Assembly (NCBI GenBank): GCA_016873435.1
Contig: VGXF01000010.1
Location: 1-59,180, forward strand
From: Nitrospira sp.
Lineage (GTDB): Bacteria; Nitrospirota; Nitrospiria; Nitrospirales; Nitrospiraceae
Direction of reading: 5' to 3'
DNA: 59,180 nucleotides
The notes under the pieces were generated by a model, which worked only from the letters and a program-made list of their open reading frames with translations, was not told where the DNA came from and did not search any database. Below are positions 9,989 through 20,165 of this stretch, piece by piece. The number at the start of each line of letters is the position of its first letter. Positions within the stretch are counted from its first letter, which is position 1. Position numbers and translations under genes: made by a program.

Positions 9989-10292
9989 GTGCTCGTGCGA
10001 ATGTTAACGGAAAAACACCCGACCAAAAAATCGTCCAGTTCATCGTGCAAGGCGCTCGTGAAGCCGTCGGTTCGCAAGGGGCTGCGACGGCCTAGCCGCA
10101 GCGGCTTTCGGAGCGGGAGGAGCGGATGAGCACTCTGTGAGACGGCCTGGACGGCCAGGCCGGAGGAGCAGACGCTGAGAGTGATCGGGGAGGCCTTGAG
10201 CCGGCCCCGCGAGAGGTTTGGTAGATCGAGAACGAAGCGGTTGGCAAGATGCTAGCCATGATCGCAGGTCCATCCATGACGGCGAGGGATTG

Positions 10293-10874
10293 ATGATGAC
10301 AGTGAAGAAACGCACGGCGAGCAGGCGCTCGGGACGACAGGCTGGCCGCGCCGCAACGGATTACAAGGCGCTGATCCGGGAAGTGCCGGATTTCCCAAAG
10401 CCCGGCATTTTGTTCTATGACATCACGACACTGCTGAAGGATGGGCGTGCGTTCCGCGCGGTGTTGGGCGAACTGACGGCCCGGTATCGCGGAAAAAAAA
10501 TCGACAAAATCGTCGGGATTGAATCGCGCGGATTCATTCTCGGCGGTCCGCTGGCGGACCGGCTCGGCGCCGGGTTCGTGCCCGTGCGCAAGCCGGGGAA
10601 GCTGCCGGCTGAGAGTTTTGAGGTGCGATACAACCTGGAATACGGGTCTAACTCGCTGGCGATCCACCGCGATGCTGTGCAACGGGACGAGCGCGTGCTG
10701 ATCGTGGACGATTTACTGGCGACGGGCGGCACCGCAGCGGCCACAGTGCATCTGCTGCGCCAGTTGGGTGCGGACATCGTCGGTGTCGCGTTTCTGGTCG
10801 AACTGACGTTTCTCAAGGGGCGGGACAAACTCGACGGCTGCCCCATACATTCGCTGATCACGTACTCCTCATAA
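10293..10874 (+). CDS. apt: adenine phosphoribosyltransferase
   Basis: [13 protein letters not shown] and [17 protein letters not shown] motifs. The start is at the MM codons, with GAGGGA upstream. Confidence 0.9.
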   Translation: MMTVKKRTASRRSGRQAGRAATDYKALIREVPDFPKPGILFYDITTLLKDGRAFRAVLGELTARYRGKKIDKIVGIESRGFILGGPLADRLGAGFVPVRKPGKLPAESFEVRYNLEYGSNSLAIHRDAVQRDERVLIVDDLLATGGTAAATVHLLRQLGADIVGVAFLVELTFLKGRDKLDGCPIHSLITYSS

Positions 10875-10967
10875 ACGTCTCCATCCCGCACGGTTCAGGG
10901 CTTGTCAACGTAGGGGGGGCATGGTATGAATGTCCCCCTTTTTCAAAGGCCAAGGAGCATTGAGTTT

Positions 10968-11525
10968 ATGCCAGGCAAGTCGAAATCCAAGAAGGCATCT
11001 GCGAGTAAACCGGTCCGCAAGTCTACTGCCAAGCCCGCGGCCAAGCGGCCGGCTGTGCCGGTCCTGAAATTGCTTGAAGCCCAGCCGGTGGTGTCGGCGG
11101 CGCCTGTGGCCGTGAAGAAGCCGACAAAGCCTATGGCAGTTGAGCGGCGCGATGCACTGCACCGAATGCTGACGCACAAGCGCCAGGAGCTGATGAAGGA
11201 AATCACTGGCAATCTAGGTGCGTCCCTGACGGAGGACCAGCGCCGTCGGCTGGAATCCGCAATGGACGTCGGAGATCAGTCGTTGATGGATCTGGATCGC
11301 GAGTTGGGCATCTCGCTGATGGAGATGCGCAACAAGCGGCGCCAGTTGATCGATCAGGCGCTGAGCCGCCTTGGGGATGGCACCTACGGGCTCTGCGACG
11401 AGTGCAGTGTCGAGATCAACGAGAAGCGCCTGGCGGCGGTGCCCTTCGCCAAGCTGTGCGTGGCGTGCCAGACCAAGCAGGAACTCATCGAAAAGATCGA
11501 GCAGGGCGAAGAACGTGAGCAGTGA
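10968..11525 (+). CDS. DksA/TraR family C4 zinc-finger protein with AKP-rich N-terminal extension
   Basis: C-terminal CxxC-17-CxxC plus coiled-coil. AAGGAG 10 nt before the ATG. The N-terminal 55 aa are Lys/Ala/Pro-rich. Confidence 0.75.
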   Translation: MPGKSKSKKASASKPVRKSTAKPAAKRPAVPVLKLLEAQPVVSAAPVAVKKPTKPMAVERRDALHRMLTHKRQELMKEITGNLGASLTEDQRRRLESAMDVGDQSLMDLDRELGISLMEMRNKRRQLIDQALSRLGDGTYGLCDECSVEINEKRLAAVPFAKLCVACQTKQELIEKIEQGEEREQ

Positions 11526-11552
11526 CCTGCGGTGCGTTCTCCGCGCATCCCT

Positions 11553-12263
11553 ATGTCCTCTGGCATCTCTAGGGCGGTTGTACTAGCGAGCGGTGGCCTA
11601 GACTCCACCGTGGCGTCCGCCGTCGCGGCGCGTGACGGCTACCGGCTGCATCTCCTGACCGTTTTCTACGGCCAACGGCATCGCATCGAAGTGGAGCGAG
11701 CGAAACAGGTGGCCCGTGCGCTCGGCGCTGAGGACCATCGCGTACTGGAGATCGATTTGCGGGCGATCGGTGGGTCCACGCTCACGACAGACGAGGTCGT
11801 ACCGAAGGATCGCACGACAGCCGAACGGCACCACGGCGTCCCCTCCACCTACGTGCCGGCCCGCAACACGATCTTTCTGTCGTTGGCGCTGGCCTATGCC
11901 GAAACCGTGCAGGCCTCGGCCATCTACATCGGCGCCAATGTGGTAGACTACTCCGGCTATCCCGACTGTCGCCCTGAATATCTGCAAGCCTTCGAACGGG
12001 TTGCCCGTCTGGGGACGAAAGCCGGCGTCGAGGGAAGCGGGATTGCCATCAAGGCGCCGTTGGTAACACTCTCCAAGATGGAGATTATCAACTTAGGCCT
12101 GTCGCTGGGCGTGCCGTTCCATCTGACGCACAGTTGTTACGACCCCGCGCCGAACGGGGATGCGTGCGGGCGGTGTGACAGTTGCCAGATCCGGCTGAAG
12201 GGATTCAAGGAAGCCGGCATCGCTGATCCGATTGCCTATGTGAAGGATGTGGTACGCACATGA
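11553..12263 (+). CDS. queC: 7-cyano-7-deazaguanine synthase
   Basis: AVVLASGGLDST PP-loop and C-terminal CxxCxxC zinc site. Confidence 0.9.
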   Translation: MSSGISRAVVLASGGLDSTVASAVAARDGYRLHLLTVFYGQRHRIEVERAKQVARALGAEDHRVLEIDLRAIGGSTLTTDEVVPKDRTTAERHHGVPSTYVPARNTIFLSLALAYAETVQASAIYIGANVVDYSGYPDCRPEYLQAFERVARLGTKAGVEGSGIAIKAPLVTLSKMEIINLGLSLGVPFHLTHSCYDPAPNGDACGRCDSCQIRLKGFKEAGIADPIAYVKDVVRT

Positions 12264-12286
12264 GCGTCTCGCCGGAAGAATTTTTC

Positions 12287-12427
12287 ATGTATCTCATCAT
12301 CGTGCTGGTGATCGCCATCCCGGTCTCCGCGCGGCTCTACCGGTATGTGACGGCCAAACGGACGGCCCGGATGATCGCGGACCAATTTGGCGGATCGTCA
12401 TCAGGCGATCCCTCTGCAAAGAAGTGA
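12287..12427 (+). CDS. small membrane peptide (46 aa, hypothetical)
   Basis: MYLIIVLVIAIPVSARLYRYV... has one TM helix followed by basic residues. It fills the queC-cytochrome c gap and is absent from the ORF track because it is under 60 aa. Confidence 0.3.
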   Translation: MYLIIVLVIAIPVSARLYRYVTAKRTARMIADQFGGSSSGDPSAKK

Positions 12428-12431
12428 ATAC

Positions 12432-12806
12432 ATGACACGCGGCGTACTGTTCATGACCGTGCTGCTGGCGATGGCTGCTCCCGTAATTGGATCGGCGGCT
12501 TCGAAACCGGACGTGCCAGCCACACCGGCCGAATTCAAAGCGGGCGAAACCAAGTTCAAAGCCCACTGTCAAGTGTGCCATGGCGAGCGTGGAATGGGCA
12601 CCCAGCAGGGGCCGCCGTTCGTCCATAAAATCTATGAACCAAATCATCATGGCGATGCTGCTTTCCAGCGGGCTGCCGCGCTGGGCGTCCGGGCCCATCA
12701 CTGGCAGTTCGGCAACATGCCAAAAATCTCCTCTGTGACACCGGCCGATGTGGATGAGATCATCAAGTATGTCCGATGGTTGCAGCGCCAGGCCGGCATT
12801 TATTAA
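12432..12806 (+). CDS. c-type cytochrome (mono-haem)
   Basis: Signal peptide and a CQVCHG haem-binding motif. Confidence 0.7.
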   Translation: MTRGVLFMTVLLAMAAPVIGSAASKPDVPATPAEFKAGETKFKAHCQVCHGERGMGTQQGPPFVHKIYEPNHHGDAAFQRAAALGVRAHHWQFGNMPKISSVTPADVDEIIKYVRWLQRQAGIY

Positions 12807-12987
12807 TCACACCGTTCGTTCCGTTTTTATTCCTTGTCATTTTCACGCGGGGCAGGCCTGTTGACTTGCTGCCGGGTGCCTTATAAGCTCGTAATCAGTC
12901 GAAATGGTTGTGATCCGCGAAGAGTCCGCTGACATGTTCGATTGAACCACGCGATCTATTCGAGGCGCAACGAAGTAGGAGGAAACC

Positions 12988-13830
12988 ATGAGCTGTCTAA
13001 GGGGAAATTGGTTGCGGTTGGCAATGGCCGGATTCCTGCTGTTCCCGCTATCAGGGTGCATCTACGCCACGGTGGACGCCGGCCACGAGGGCGTGCTGGT
13101 CGAGAAACCATTTTTACTGGGGCATGGCGGCGTGGATCCAGTGCCCATCACGACCGGCCGGCAGGTCGTCGCGATTACGACCGAGGTCGTGGATGTGGAC
13201 ATCCGCCCCATCCAGTACTCGGAGCATTTCGACATCATCTCGTCTGAAAACGCGCCGGTGTCGTTCGACGCATTTTTTATCGCCAACGTGATGGCGGGCC
13301 GGTCGCCTGACCTCGTCACCCGTTTCGGCCCACACTGGTACGTGAACAATGTGAAAGAGGCCTTCCGGACAATCGTCCGCGAGGAGGTGCAGAAGTATCC
13401 GCTGTTCGAATTGACGACGAAGCCAGCGACTAGAACGAAACTGCAAGATGCCATTGACCAGGAAGTGCGGAGCAGGATTGTCGAGAAAAATAAAATGCCG
13501 ATCGTGCTCAATCGTGTTGTGGTCGGCAGCATTCTGCCTCCCAGGGGGGTGCTGGATCAGACGGCGGAGACGATCAAGCAGGAGCAGCGGCGGATCACGA
13601 TGGTCGAATTTCAGAAGGCGGAAGAGGCACGCGAGAAGGCCGAAAAGCAGCGCGGCATCGCCGATAGGGCTTACCGTGAGTCGCTGGGCCTGACGGCGCT
13701 GGAGTTCGTGGATCTGCGGCGGATCGAAGTGCAGAAGGAAATCGTGCAGCATTCGCCGACGGCCCTGACTGTGATCATGGGGCTGGAACGGATCGGCATC
13801 AATATCCCACCGGTGTCTGCCGGCAAGTAG
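12988..13830 (+). CDS. SPFH/band-7 domain lipoprotein
   Basis: Lipobox LSGC. Prohibitin-like core with a C-terminal coiled coil. Confidence 0.7.
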   Translation: MSCLRGNWLRLAMAGFLLFPLSGCIYATVDAGHEGVLVEKPFLLGHGGVDPVPITTGRQVVAITTEVVDVDIRPIQYSEHFDIISSENAPVSFDAFFIANVMAGRSPDLVTRFGPHWYVNNVKEAFRTIVREEVQKYPLFELTTKPATRTKLQDAIDQEVRSRIVEKNKMPIVLNRVVVGSILPPRGVLDQTAETIKQEQRRITMVEFQKAEEAREKAEKQRGIADRAYRESLGLTALEFVDLRRIEVQKEIVQHSPTALTVIMGLERIGINIPPVSAGK

Positions 13831-13873
13831 AGGGTGATGGCGGCGGCGGGATCTGCGTCCCGTCGCCGGCCGA

Positions 13874-14770
13874 TTAATTCTTCGCGGGGGAGTCCATCCC
13901 ATCCACCAGCGCCTGAATTGTCGCAGGTGCGTTGCCTTCCGCGCGATTGTTCGCCAGGACATAGATCGGTGTTTGCTCGTCCAGTGCCTGCCGGATGAGC
14001 GCCAGCACATCCGCCCGCATCTTTGGCTGGGGCACTGCGAGCGCACGATACGGTGCGAACCGCTCAACGGCCCTGGCGTGAGTCAGTCCAAGCGGCGTCA
14101 GCAGCCGCACGACGGCAAGTGGCGTCGTGAAGCGCCCGCCCAGTTTCTCGTGTTGTGTGGCGAGCGGCGGCATGGCGGTCCAGTGGTTGTAGACGTGGGC
14201 GACACCGTGCGCGCGCAGGATGCCCGCATAGCGAGGTCCCAGGATGAACGGATTTCTGATTTCCACAGCGTATCGACCTTGTGGCAGCTGCGAGAAAAAC
14301 CGGTCCAGCGCCGGCAGAAAGGTTGCCGGTTCTCCACCGTATCGTTGAAACTCGAAAATTAGCGGACCGGCGTGCAGGCCGAGTCCTTCGCGCAAAGGGC
14401 GCAGCACCATCTCATCGCACCAGGCGGCGTCAAGAAAGTGCGGGTTGGCCTTGCCGGCCCTGTCGCCGTAGCGGGGGTGGTCAGCGTAGGCCGGAATCGT
14501 GATGTCCTCCCAGACCTTTGGGCAGATGTGGAAATCGTCCGGTACCTGCGCTGCGTAATGCGCAAGCTGCGACACGGAGGGTGGCCGATAAAAACTGTGA
14601 TCGAGGCCAACGGCGCGAAACAGCGGGACGCGGCGATACGTATAGACGGCATACTCGCCGAGGCAGTCTTTCGAGAAGCGATGCTTGGCATACGACCGGT
14701 GATAGACCTGCCCCTGCCAGCCTTCATAGGCCCACGAACTGGTTCCCAATCGGACGGACTCCGGCAGCAC
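13874..14770 (-). CDS. DUF72 family protein
   Basis: The N-terminal GTSSWAYEGW motif matches the IGTSGW signature of DUF72/UPF0759. Confidence 0.75.
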   Translation of the reverse strand: MLPESVRLGTSSWAYEGWQGQVYHRSYAKHRFSKDCLGEYAVYTYRRVPLFRAVGLDHSFYRPPSVSQLAHYAAQVPDDFHICPKVWEDITIPAYADHPRYGDRAGKANPHFLDAAWCDEMVLRPLREGLGLHAGPLIFEFQRYGGEPATFLPALDRFFSQLPQGRYAVEIRNPFILGPRYAGILRAHGVAHVYNHWTAMPPLATQHEKLGGRFTTPLAVVRLLTPLGLTHARAVERFAPYRALAVPQPKMRADVLALIRQALDEQTPIYVLANNRAEGNAPATIQALVDGMDSPAKN

Positions 14771-14774
14771 GCGA

Positions 14775-15095
14775 TTACCTCACCAGCAGACCGGACATGG
14801 CGGCTAGGGCTCTGACGAGCCAGCGCGCGAAGCCGATTCCGCCGGTCGTGAACCAGGGCCACAGGCGCGCGAGTTCCGATTCCGTCAAATGAAAATGTAG
14901 ATCCTCTGGACTCCACCACCACTTTGACGGGAGTGCCATGCGCGCCGACAGCACCCCTGAAAGAAGCACGAGGTGCCAGAAACCAGTGGGGACGCCGATC
15001 AGAAGACCCCCAGCGAGGGGCACAAGCCCAAGAACCGTTATGCGCTGGGGTGTATCAATGATGGTGAGAAGGCCCACGAAGCTGACGGCTACCAT
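14775..15095 (-). CDS. small membrane protein (hypothetical)
   Basis: Hydrophobic, about 106 aa from MVAVSFVGLL. 4 nt upstream of DUF72 on the same strand. The start is uncertain. Confidence 0.3.
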   Translation of the reverse strand: MVAVSFVGLLTIIDTPQRITVLGLVPLAGGLLIGVPTGFWHLVLLSGVLSARMALPSKWWWSPEDLHFHLTESELARLWPWFTTGGIGFARWLVRALAAMSGLLVR

Positions 15096-15212
15096 GGTGC
15101 CCAGGACGCGACCTTGAGCATGGTCGGAATTGTACCTGAACTCTTCGCAGGGAGCCATCCGGGAATTGCTGTTTCCTTGACTTGCCCGCGGGCTTTTCCG
15201 ACACTCGCACCT

Positions 15213-17474
15213 ATGGACCATCAGGCAGGCGAGCTGTTATTTCGGCTGGCGGAGCGGTACGGCATTGCGTCGGACTACCACGACATTTGGGGGCGTCGGC
15301 ACGAGACGTCCGACGACACCCGGCGGGTCATTCTCTCCGCCATGGGTGTGCACGCGGATACGACAGACGCGGTGCGGCGCGCGCTGGGTGAACTTGATGA
15401 CGCCCCATGGCGGCGCGTCTGCGAGCCGGCCATGGTCGTGCGTAGCGACGCGCAGTCGGGTGTCTGGTCGGTACGCCTGCCGTCACAGGAGGCGGAGGAT
15501 CGCACCGTCTCCGCTTCGTGGACATTGCGCGATGAACAGGGGGCAGTGGTTCAACAGCGAGACGTCGGGTCGGGCCTGACCTTGGTGGAGACCCGTACAG
15601 TGGACGGGCTGCGCCACGTGCGCTTCGATCTGCCGGTTCCTGCCGGCCTGCCCATTGGCTATTACGAGGTGGTGGTCAAAGTCGTGTCCGAATCGCGTCA
15701 GGTCGAGGGCCGGATGCGTCTGATCATCGTGCCGCCGGCCTGTTACACCTCGCCAGAATTCGAACGGCATCGCCGCCTGTGGGGACTTTCGGTTCAGCTC
15801 TACGCGCTCCGCTCGGCCCGCAATTGGGGCGTGGGAGACTTCGGCGATCTGGCCACGCTGGTCGAGTGGGCGGGTAAGGATCTGGGCACGGGGTTGATCG
15901 GCCTCAATCCGCTGCACGCGCTCAACAACTGCCGTCCCTATGAGATCAGCCCCTATTCGCCGACCAGTCGGCTTTTCCTTAATTTGTTGTATCTGGATAT
16001 CCAGGCGGTGCCTGATTTCGAAAGCTGTCTGCCGGCCCAGCGTATGGTGGGGGACGAGGGCTTTCAACGGGGATTGGCGGCACTCCGTGCGGGCGAGAAC
16101 GTGGACTATGAGCAGGTGGCAGCGGCCAAGTGCACCGCCTTGGAATTTCTCTTCGCCACCTTTCACGAGCGGCATCTGGGCGGGCAGGATCTAAATGCGC
16201 CGGACCTCGCTCCCGTGACGGACCGGGGACGGGCTTTTGCCCGGTATGTACAGGAGGAGGGGAAGCCGCTGGAGCAGTTCGCCCTGTTCCACGCACTGGC
16301 CGAAGACATTCGCCGCCAGCATCCGCTGCTACGCACGTGGCGGGAATGGCCGGAGCCGTACCGCCTGCCCGATTCCGCGAGCGTGGCCGCGTTTCGCGTC
16401 ACGCATCGCGCGCGCATCCGCTATCACCAATACGTGCAATGGCTGGCCGCTGACCAGTTAGGCGCGGCGGCGATGCGGGCGTGCGCATGCGACATGCCGG
16501 TCGGTCTCTATCACGATCTGGCGCTCGGCAGCGATCGGAACGGCAGCGACGCCTGGGCCTATCAAAAAGTGTTCGCGTTGGAGGCAGAGTGCGGCTGTCC
16601 GCCGGACGATTTTTCACCGCGGGGGCAGAACTGGGGGCTGCCGCCCCTCAATCCGGTTCGGCTGCGCGAAACGGGCTACGAATTTTTTGTCGAATTGCTC
16701 CAGCGAAATTTGCGGTATGGCGGTGCGCTCCGCCTTGACCACGTGATGAGTCTGTTCCGGCTGTTCTGGATTCCTAGCGGCATGCCGGCTTCCGCCGGTG
16801 CCTACGTCCGGTATCCGGCCGACGATTTATTGGGCATTCTGGCGCTGGAGAGTGTCCGAAACCGGGCAGTCATCATCGGTGAGGATCTCGGCACGGTTTC
16901 GGATGAGGTCCGCGACAGGTTAGCCGCGGCGAGGGTCCTGTCGTATCGGGTCTTCTATTTCGAACGGGCCGATCCAAATCGTTGGAAGGGGCCGGATGCG
17001 TATCCCTATCAAGCGATGGCGGTGGTGACGACGCACGATCTGCCCACACTCGCTGGATTCTGGGCGGGACGCGATATCGAGATGCGCGTGCGGCTGGGGC
17101 TTTATTGTGATGAGGACGCCGCGCACCGTGCGCGCGAAGGCCGGGCGCAGGATAAGCGGCGCATGGCGCAGGCACTGGCGGAGGCCGGTCTGCTGCCGCT
17201 GGGTTTGACAGCCGATGCGGCAGCACAGCAGCCGATGACGACGGATCTGTGCCAAGCGATCCACGATTTTCTCGGCCGCACGCCGTCGTGGATCATGCTG
17301 GTCAGTCTGGAGGATCTGCTTGGCGAAACGGAGCAGATGAATGTGCCGGGCACGGTCGAGAGTTACACCAACTGGTCCCGCAAGGTGGCGCTTGCGTTGG
17401 AACAGGTGCGGGACGATGTCCGCGTGCGTCGCGTGACGGCCTCCCTGCGCGCTGGGCGACCGCTGCCAGACTGA
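15213..17474 (+). CDS. malQ: 4-alpha-glucanotransferase (amylomaltase)
   Basis: GH77 motifs (GDFGD, LNPLH, acidic catalytic regions) with an N-terminal extension. The start is the ATG MDHQAG. Confidence 0.85.
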   Translation: MDHQAGELLFRLAERYGIASDYHDIWGRRHETSDDTRRVILSAMGVHADTTDAVRRALGELDDAPWRRVCEPAMVVRSDAQSGVWSVRLPSQEAEDRTVSASWTLRDEQGAVVQQRDVGSGLTLVETRTVDGLRHVRFDLPVPAGLPIGYYEVVVKVVSESRQVEGRMRLIIVPPACYTSPEFERHRRLWGLSVQLYALRSARNWGVGDFGDLATLVEWAGKDLGTGLIGLNPLHALNNCRPYEISPYSPTSRLFLNLLYLDIQAVPDFESCLPAQRMVGDEGFQRGLAALRAGENVDYEQVAAAKCTALEFLFATFHERHLGGQDLNAPDLAPVTDRGRAFARYVQEEGKPLEQFALFHALAEDIRRQHPLLRTWREWPEPYRLPDSASVAAFRVTHRARIRYHQYVQWLAADQLGAAAMRACACDMPVGLYHDLALGSDRNGSDAWAYQKVFALEAECGCPPDDFSPRGQNWGLPPLNPVRLRETGYEFFVELLQRNLRYGGALRLDHVMSLFRLFWIPSGMPASAGAYVRYPADDLLGILALESVRNRAVIIGEDLGTVSDEVRDRLAAARVLSYRVFYFERADPNRWKGPDAYPYQAMAVVTTHDLPTLAGFWAGRDIEMRVRLGLYCDEDAAHRAREGRAQDKRRMAQALAEAGLLPLGLTADAAAQQPMTTDLCQAIHDFLGRTPSWIMLVSLEDLLGETEQMNVPGTVESYTNWSRKVALALEQVRDDVRVRRVTASLRAGRPLPD

Positions 17475-17526
17475 CTGACGCCCGTTGCGGGCGGCCTCGG
17501 TTTCGCGTACCTTTACTGCACAATCC

Positions 17527-18711
17527 ATGACCAATCCGCTGCGCGTACTTCGACAACTGACACAGGCCAAGAATGCCGTTGTCATCGGCCTAGCGCTCGC
17601 CGTCTTTGCCGGCATCGCCATTTTTGAATCCGTCGCGCCGCTCACTGTCGTCGGGGCCTACGCCTTGATCGTCCCCATCCTCCTGATCGCCACGGTCCGC
17701 AACCGCAAATTGATGTATCTGACGGTCGCGCTGTGTGTCGCTGTGACGTACATGGGCCTGTTGCAGCCGACGAAGAAACGCGAGCGGTTCACGGCGGTCT
17801 TGATCAACCGGACGCTGGTTGTCGGCATTCTGACTGGCGTGGCCTATTTTGCGATGACACGCGAAGAGCGGAAGGCGCGGGAAGAAGAGGCTCGGGCCGC
17901 GCTTCTTGCAGTAAATGCGCAGCTCGTGGAACTCAAAGACAAGCTCAACCGGTCTGACCGCATCGCGGCGCTCGGCTTGCTGGCGTCGTCAGTGGCGCAC
18001 GAAGTGGGGACTCCGCTGCATTCTATCGCCTGGCAGGTGCAGACGCTGGCGGAGGATCCGCTGGCGACGGCGGAGATGAAAAAAACGATCGCCATTATTG
18101 ACTCGGAGCTCAACCGCGTCGTGCGTATCATCAAGGATAAGCTGTCCCTCACGCGGCAGCCCAAGCCGGCCCGTGCGCTGGTGCGGGCGGATGAGCTAGC
18201 CGCCTCAGTCGTGGCCCTGATGGAGCCAGCCTATCTCGGCAAGGGGGTCGGCTTGCAAACGGAACTCGGTTTCACGCCGGCCGTGATTCTCGGCGATGCG
18301 GAGCAACTCCGGCAGGTCTTGGTGAATCTGCTCACCAATGCGCTGGCGGCGACGAACCGGGGCGACAAAGTCGTGCTGGTGGTGGGGCGGCGGGCGGCCA
18401 CGCTCGCCGAGCTGGAGGAGCGTCAGCGCGAAGGCGAATCGCCCTGCGATACGATGGTGACGCTCACCGTGCACGATACGGGATGCGGGATGCCGGAGGA
18501 ACATGTGACGCGGACCCGCGAGCCATTTTTTACCACCAAGGCGATCGGAGACGGGACGGGCTTAGGCCTGTTTATCAGCCGAGAAATTGTCGCCTCGCAC
18601 CGCGGCTCGCTGACTATCGACAGCGTGGTCGGCAGGGGCACCCGGGTCGAGATCGCTCTGCCAGCAACCGGCGCCCCGAGCGCATCGAAGGAGATCCATG
18701 AGCGGGTCTAG
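17527..18711 (+). CDS. sensor histidine kinase
   Basis: Four TM helices, coiled coil, H-box SVAHEVGTPLHSI, and G-boxes HDTGCGM and GTGLGL. Confidence 0.85.
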   Translation: MTNPLRVLRQLTQAKNAVVIGLALAVFAGIAIFESVAPLTVVGAYALIVPILLIATVRNRKLMYLTVALCVAVTYMGLLQPTKKRERFTAVLINRTLVVGILTGVAYFAMTREERKAREEEARAALLAVNAQLVELKDKLNRSDRIAALGLLASSVAHEVGTPLHSIAWQVQTLAEDPLATAEMKKTIAIIDSELNRVVRIIKDKLSLTRQPKPARALVRADELAASVVALMEPAYLGKGVGLQTELGFTPAVILGDAEQLRQVLVNLLTNALAATNRGDKVVLVVGRRAATLAELEERQREGESPCDTMVTLTVHDTGCGMPEEHVTRTREPFFTTKAIGDGTGLGLFISREIVASHRGSLTIDSVVGRGTRVEIALPATGAPSASKEIHERV

Positions 18712-20074
18712 CGGTATGATTCTCGTCGTGGACGACGATGCCGTCGCGCGCAAGTTGCTGGCCGACGCGCTGGAAAAGGACGGCTATGAGGTCGAGATCG
18801 CGGGCGGTGGTGCGGAAGCCATCGCGCTGGGACGGACCAGGCAATTTGACGTCGTGCTGACGGACATCAAAATGGGCACGGTGGACGGACTTGCCGTTTT
18901 GCGGGAATTCCGGCAGCGCAGTCCGGAGACTGCCATCGTTCTACTCACGGCATTTGGGTCCATGGACGGGGCCATCGAGGCGATCAAACAGGGCGCCTAC
19001 GATTATCTGGCCAAGCCCTTCAAAAAGAAAGAAATCAAACTGGTCGTCAAGCGGAGCCTGGAGCACAGCCGGTTGGTGCGGGAGAATACGCGGTTCCGCG
19101 AAGTACTCCGCGGCCGTGACGAATGGGCACACTTGATTGGTAGCAGCCCGGCCATGCTGGAGGTCTACAAGCTGGTCGCGCGCGTGTCGTCGGGCAAGAG
19201 CACCGTGTTGCTGGAGGGCGAGAGCGGCACGGGTAAGGAGCTGGTGGCGCGCGCCATTCATGCAAACAGCTTGAGGAAAAACTGCCCCTTCGTGCCTGTC
19301 AACTGCGCGGCGTTGATGGAGCCGTTGCTGGAATCCGAGTTGTTCGGCCATGAGAAGGGCGCCTTCACCGGCGCCGTGACGGCCAAGCGCGGGCTGTTCG
19401 AAACGGCCGATCAGGGCACGCTCTTTCTCGATGAGATCGGGGACATTAGCCCGGCGTTGCAGGTGAAATTGTTGCGCGTGATTCAGGAACAGGAAGTCCG
19501 GCACGTCGGCGGCACCGCACCCATTAAGGTGGACGTCCGAATCGTGGCAGCGACCAATCGCGATCTGGCGCGGATGGTCAAGGACGGCCAATTCCGGGAA
19601 GATCTCTTTTACCGGCTCAATGTCGTGCGCATCGTCCTGCCGCCGCTGCGCGAGCGGCGAGAAGACATTCCCATGCTGGCGCATCATTTTCTTCACAAAG
19701 TGTCGACAGACAGCAATCAGCCGGTGCGCGGCTTTGTGCCGGAGACCATAGCGCTGCTCGAGCGCTATCACTGGCCGGGGAATGTGCGGGAATTGGAAAA
19801 TCTCATCGAGCGGACGGTCTCGCTCGCGCCGGGCCCGCTGATAATGGTGGACGATCTGCCGGAGGCGGTCCGCAAGGTGGCGGCGCGGTCGGAGGCCAAC
19901 GGCGACGCGCTGCTCTCACTGGACGAAGTCGAGAAGCGGCATCTAAGCCGAGTGCTCAAGGAAACCGGCGGCAACAAGGTCCGCGCCGCCAAAATTCTCG
20001 GCATCGACCGCCGGACGCTTTATCGGATGGCCAAACGGTTCGAGATCGATTTGGGGGAGGAGAACGCGGAGTAG
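18698..20074 (+). CDS. sigma-54 dependent response regulator (NtrC family)
   Basis: Receiver DDD..K, an AAA+ sigma54 activation domain (GESGTGKE, GAFTGA) and a C-terminal HTH. It overlaps the kinase by 14 nt. GGAG precedes the ATG. Confidence 0.9.
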   Translation: MSGSSGMILVVDDDAVARKLLADALEKDGYEVEIAGGGAEAIALGRTRQFDVVLTDIKMGTVDGLAVLREFRQRSPETAIVLLTAFGSMDGAIEAIKQGAYDYLAKPFKKKEIKLVVKRSLEHSRLVRENTRFREVLRGRDEWAHLIGSSPAMLEVYKLVARVSSGKSTVLLEGESGTGKELVARAIHANSLRKNCPFVPVNCAALMEPLLESELFGHEKGAFTGAVTAKRGLFETADQGTLFLDEIGDISPALQVKLLRVIQEQEVRHVGGTAPIKVDVRIVAATNRDLARMVKDGQFREDLFYRLNVVRIVLPPLRERREDIPMLAHHFLHKVSTDSNQPVRGFVPETIALLERYHWPGNVRELENLIERTVSLAPGPLIMVDDLPEAVRKVAARSEANGDALLSLDEVEKRHLSRVLKETGGNKVRAAKILGIDRRTLYRMAKRFEIDLGEENAE

Positions 20075-20165
20075 GAATGGTTCAGGGGACATAGTTTATG
20101 GTTGATGCACGAGCGGCGGACAACCCGCGCCGTCCCTATAACCATCAACCATGAGCCCTGTGCTT

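Noticed and set aside
10092-10682. 196-aa minus-strand ORF overlapping apt
   Set aside because: Antisense to apt, which has unambiguous PRTase motifs.
12861-12887. TTGACT ... TATAAG promoter-like element upstream of the SPFH gene
   Set aside because: The spacer is only about 15 nt, which is sub-optimal for sigma70. Kept as a note only.
13114-14067. 317-aa minus-strand ORF overlapping the SPFH lipoprotein gene
   Set aside because: Antisense to a well-supported gene. The translation is Arg/Pro/His-rich with no motifs, typical of spurious long ORFs in high-GC DNA.
15483-16175. 230-aa minus-strand ORF inside malQ
   Set aside because: Antisense shadow ORF of malQ. Low-complexity R/G/A-rich translation.
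18941-19771. 276-aa minus-strand ORF inside the NtrC-type regulator gene
   Set aside because: Antisense to a gene with clear AAA+ sigma54 motifs. No motifs of its own.
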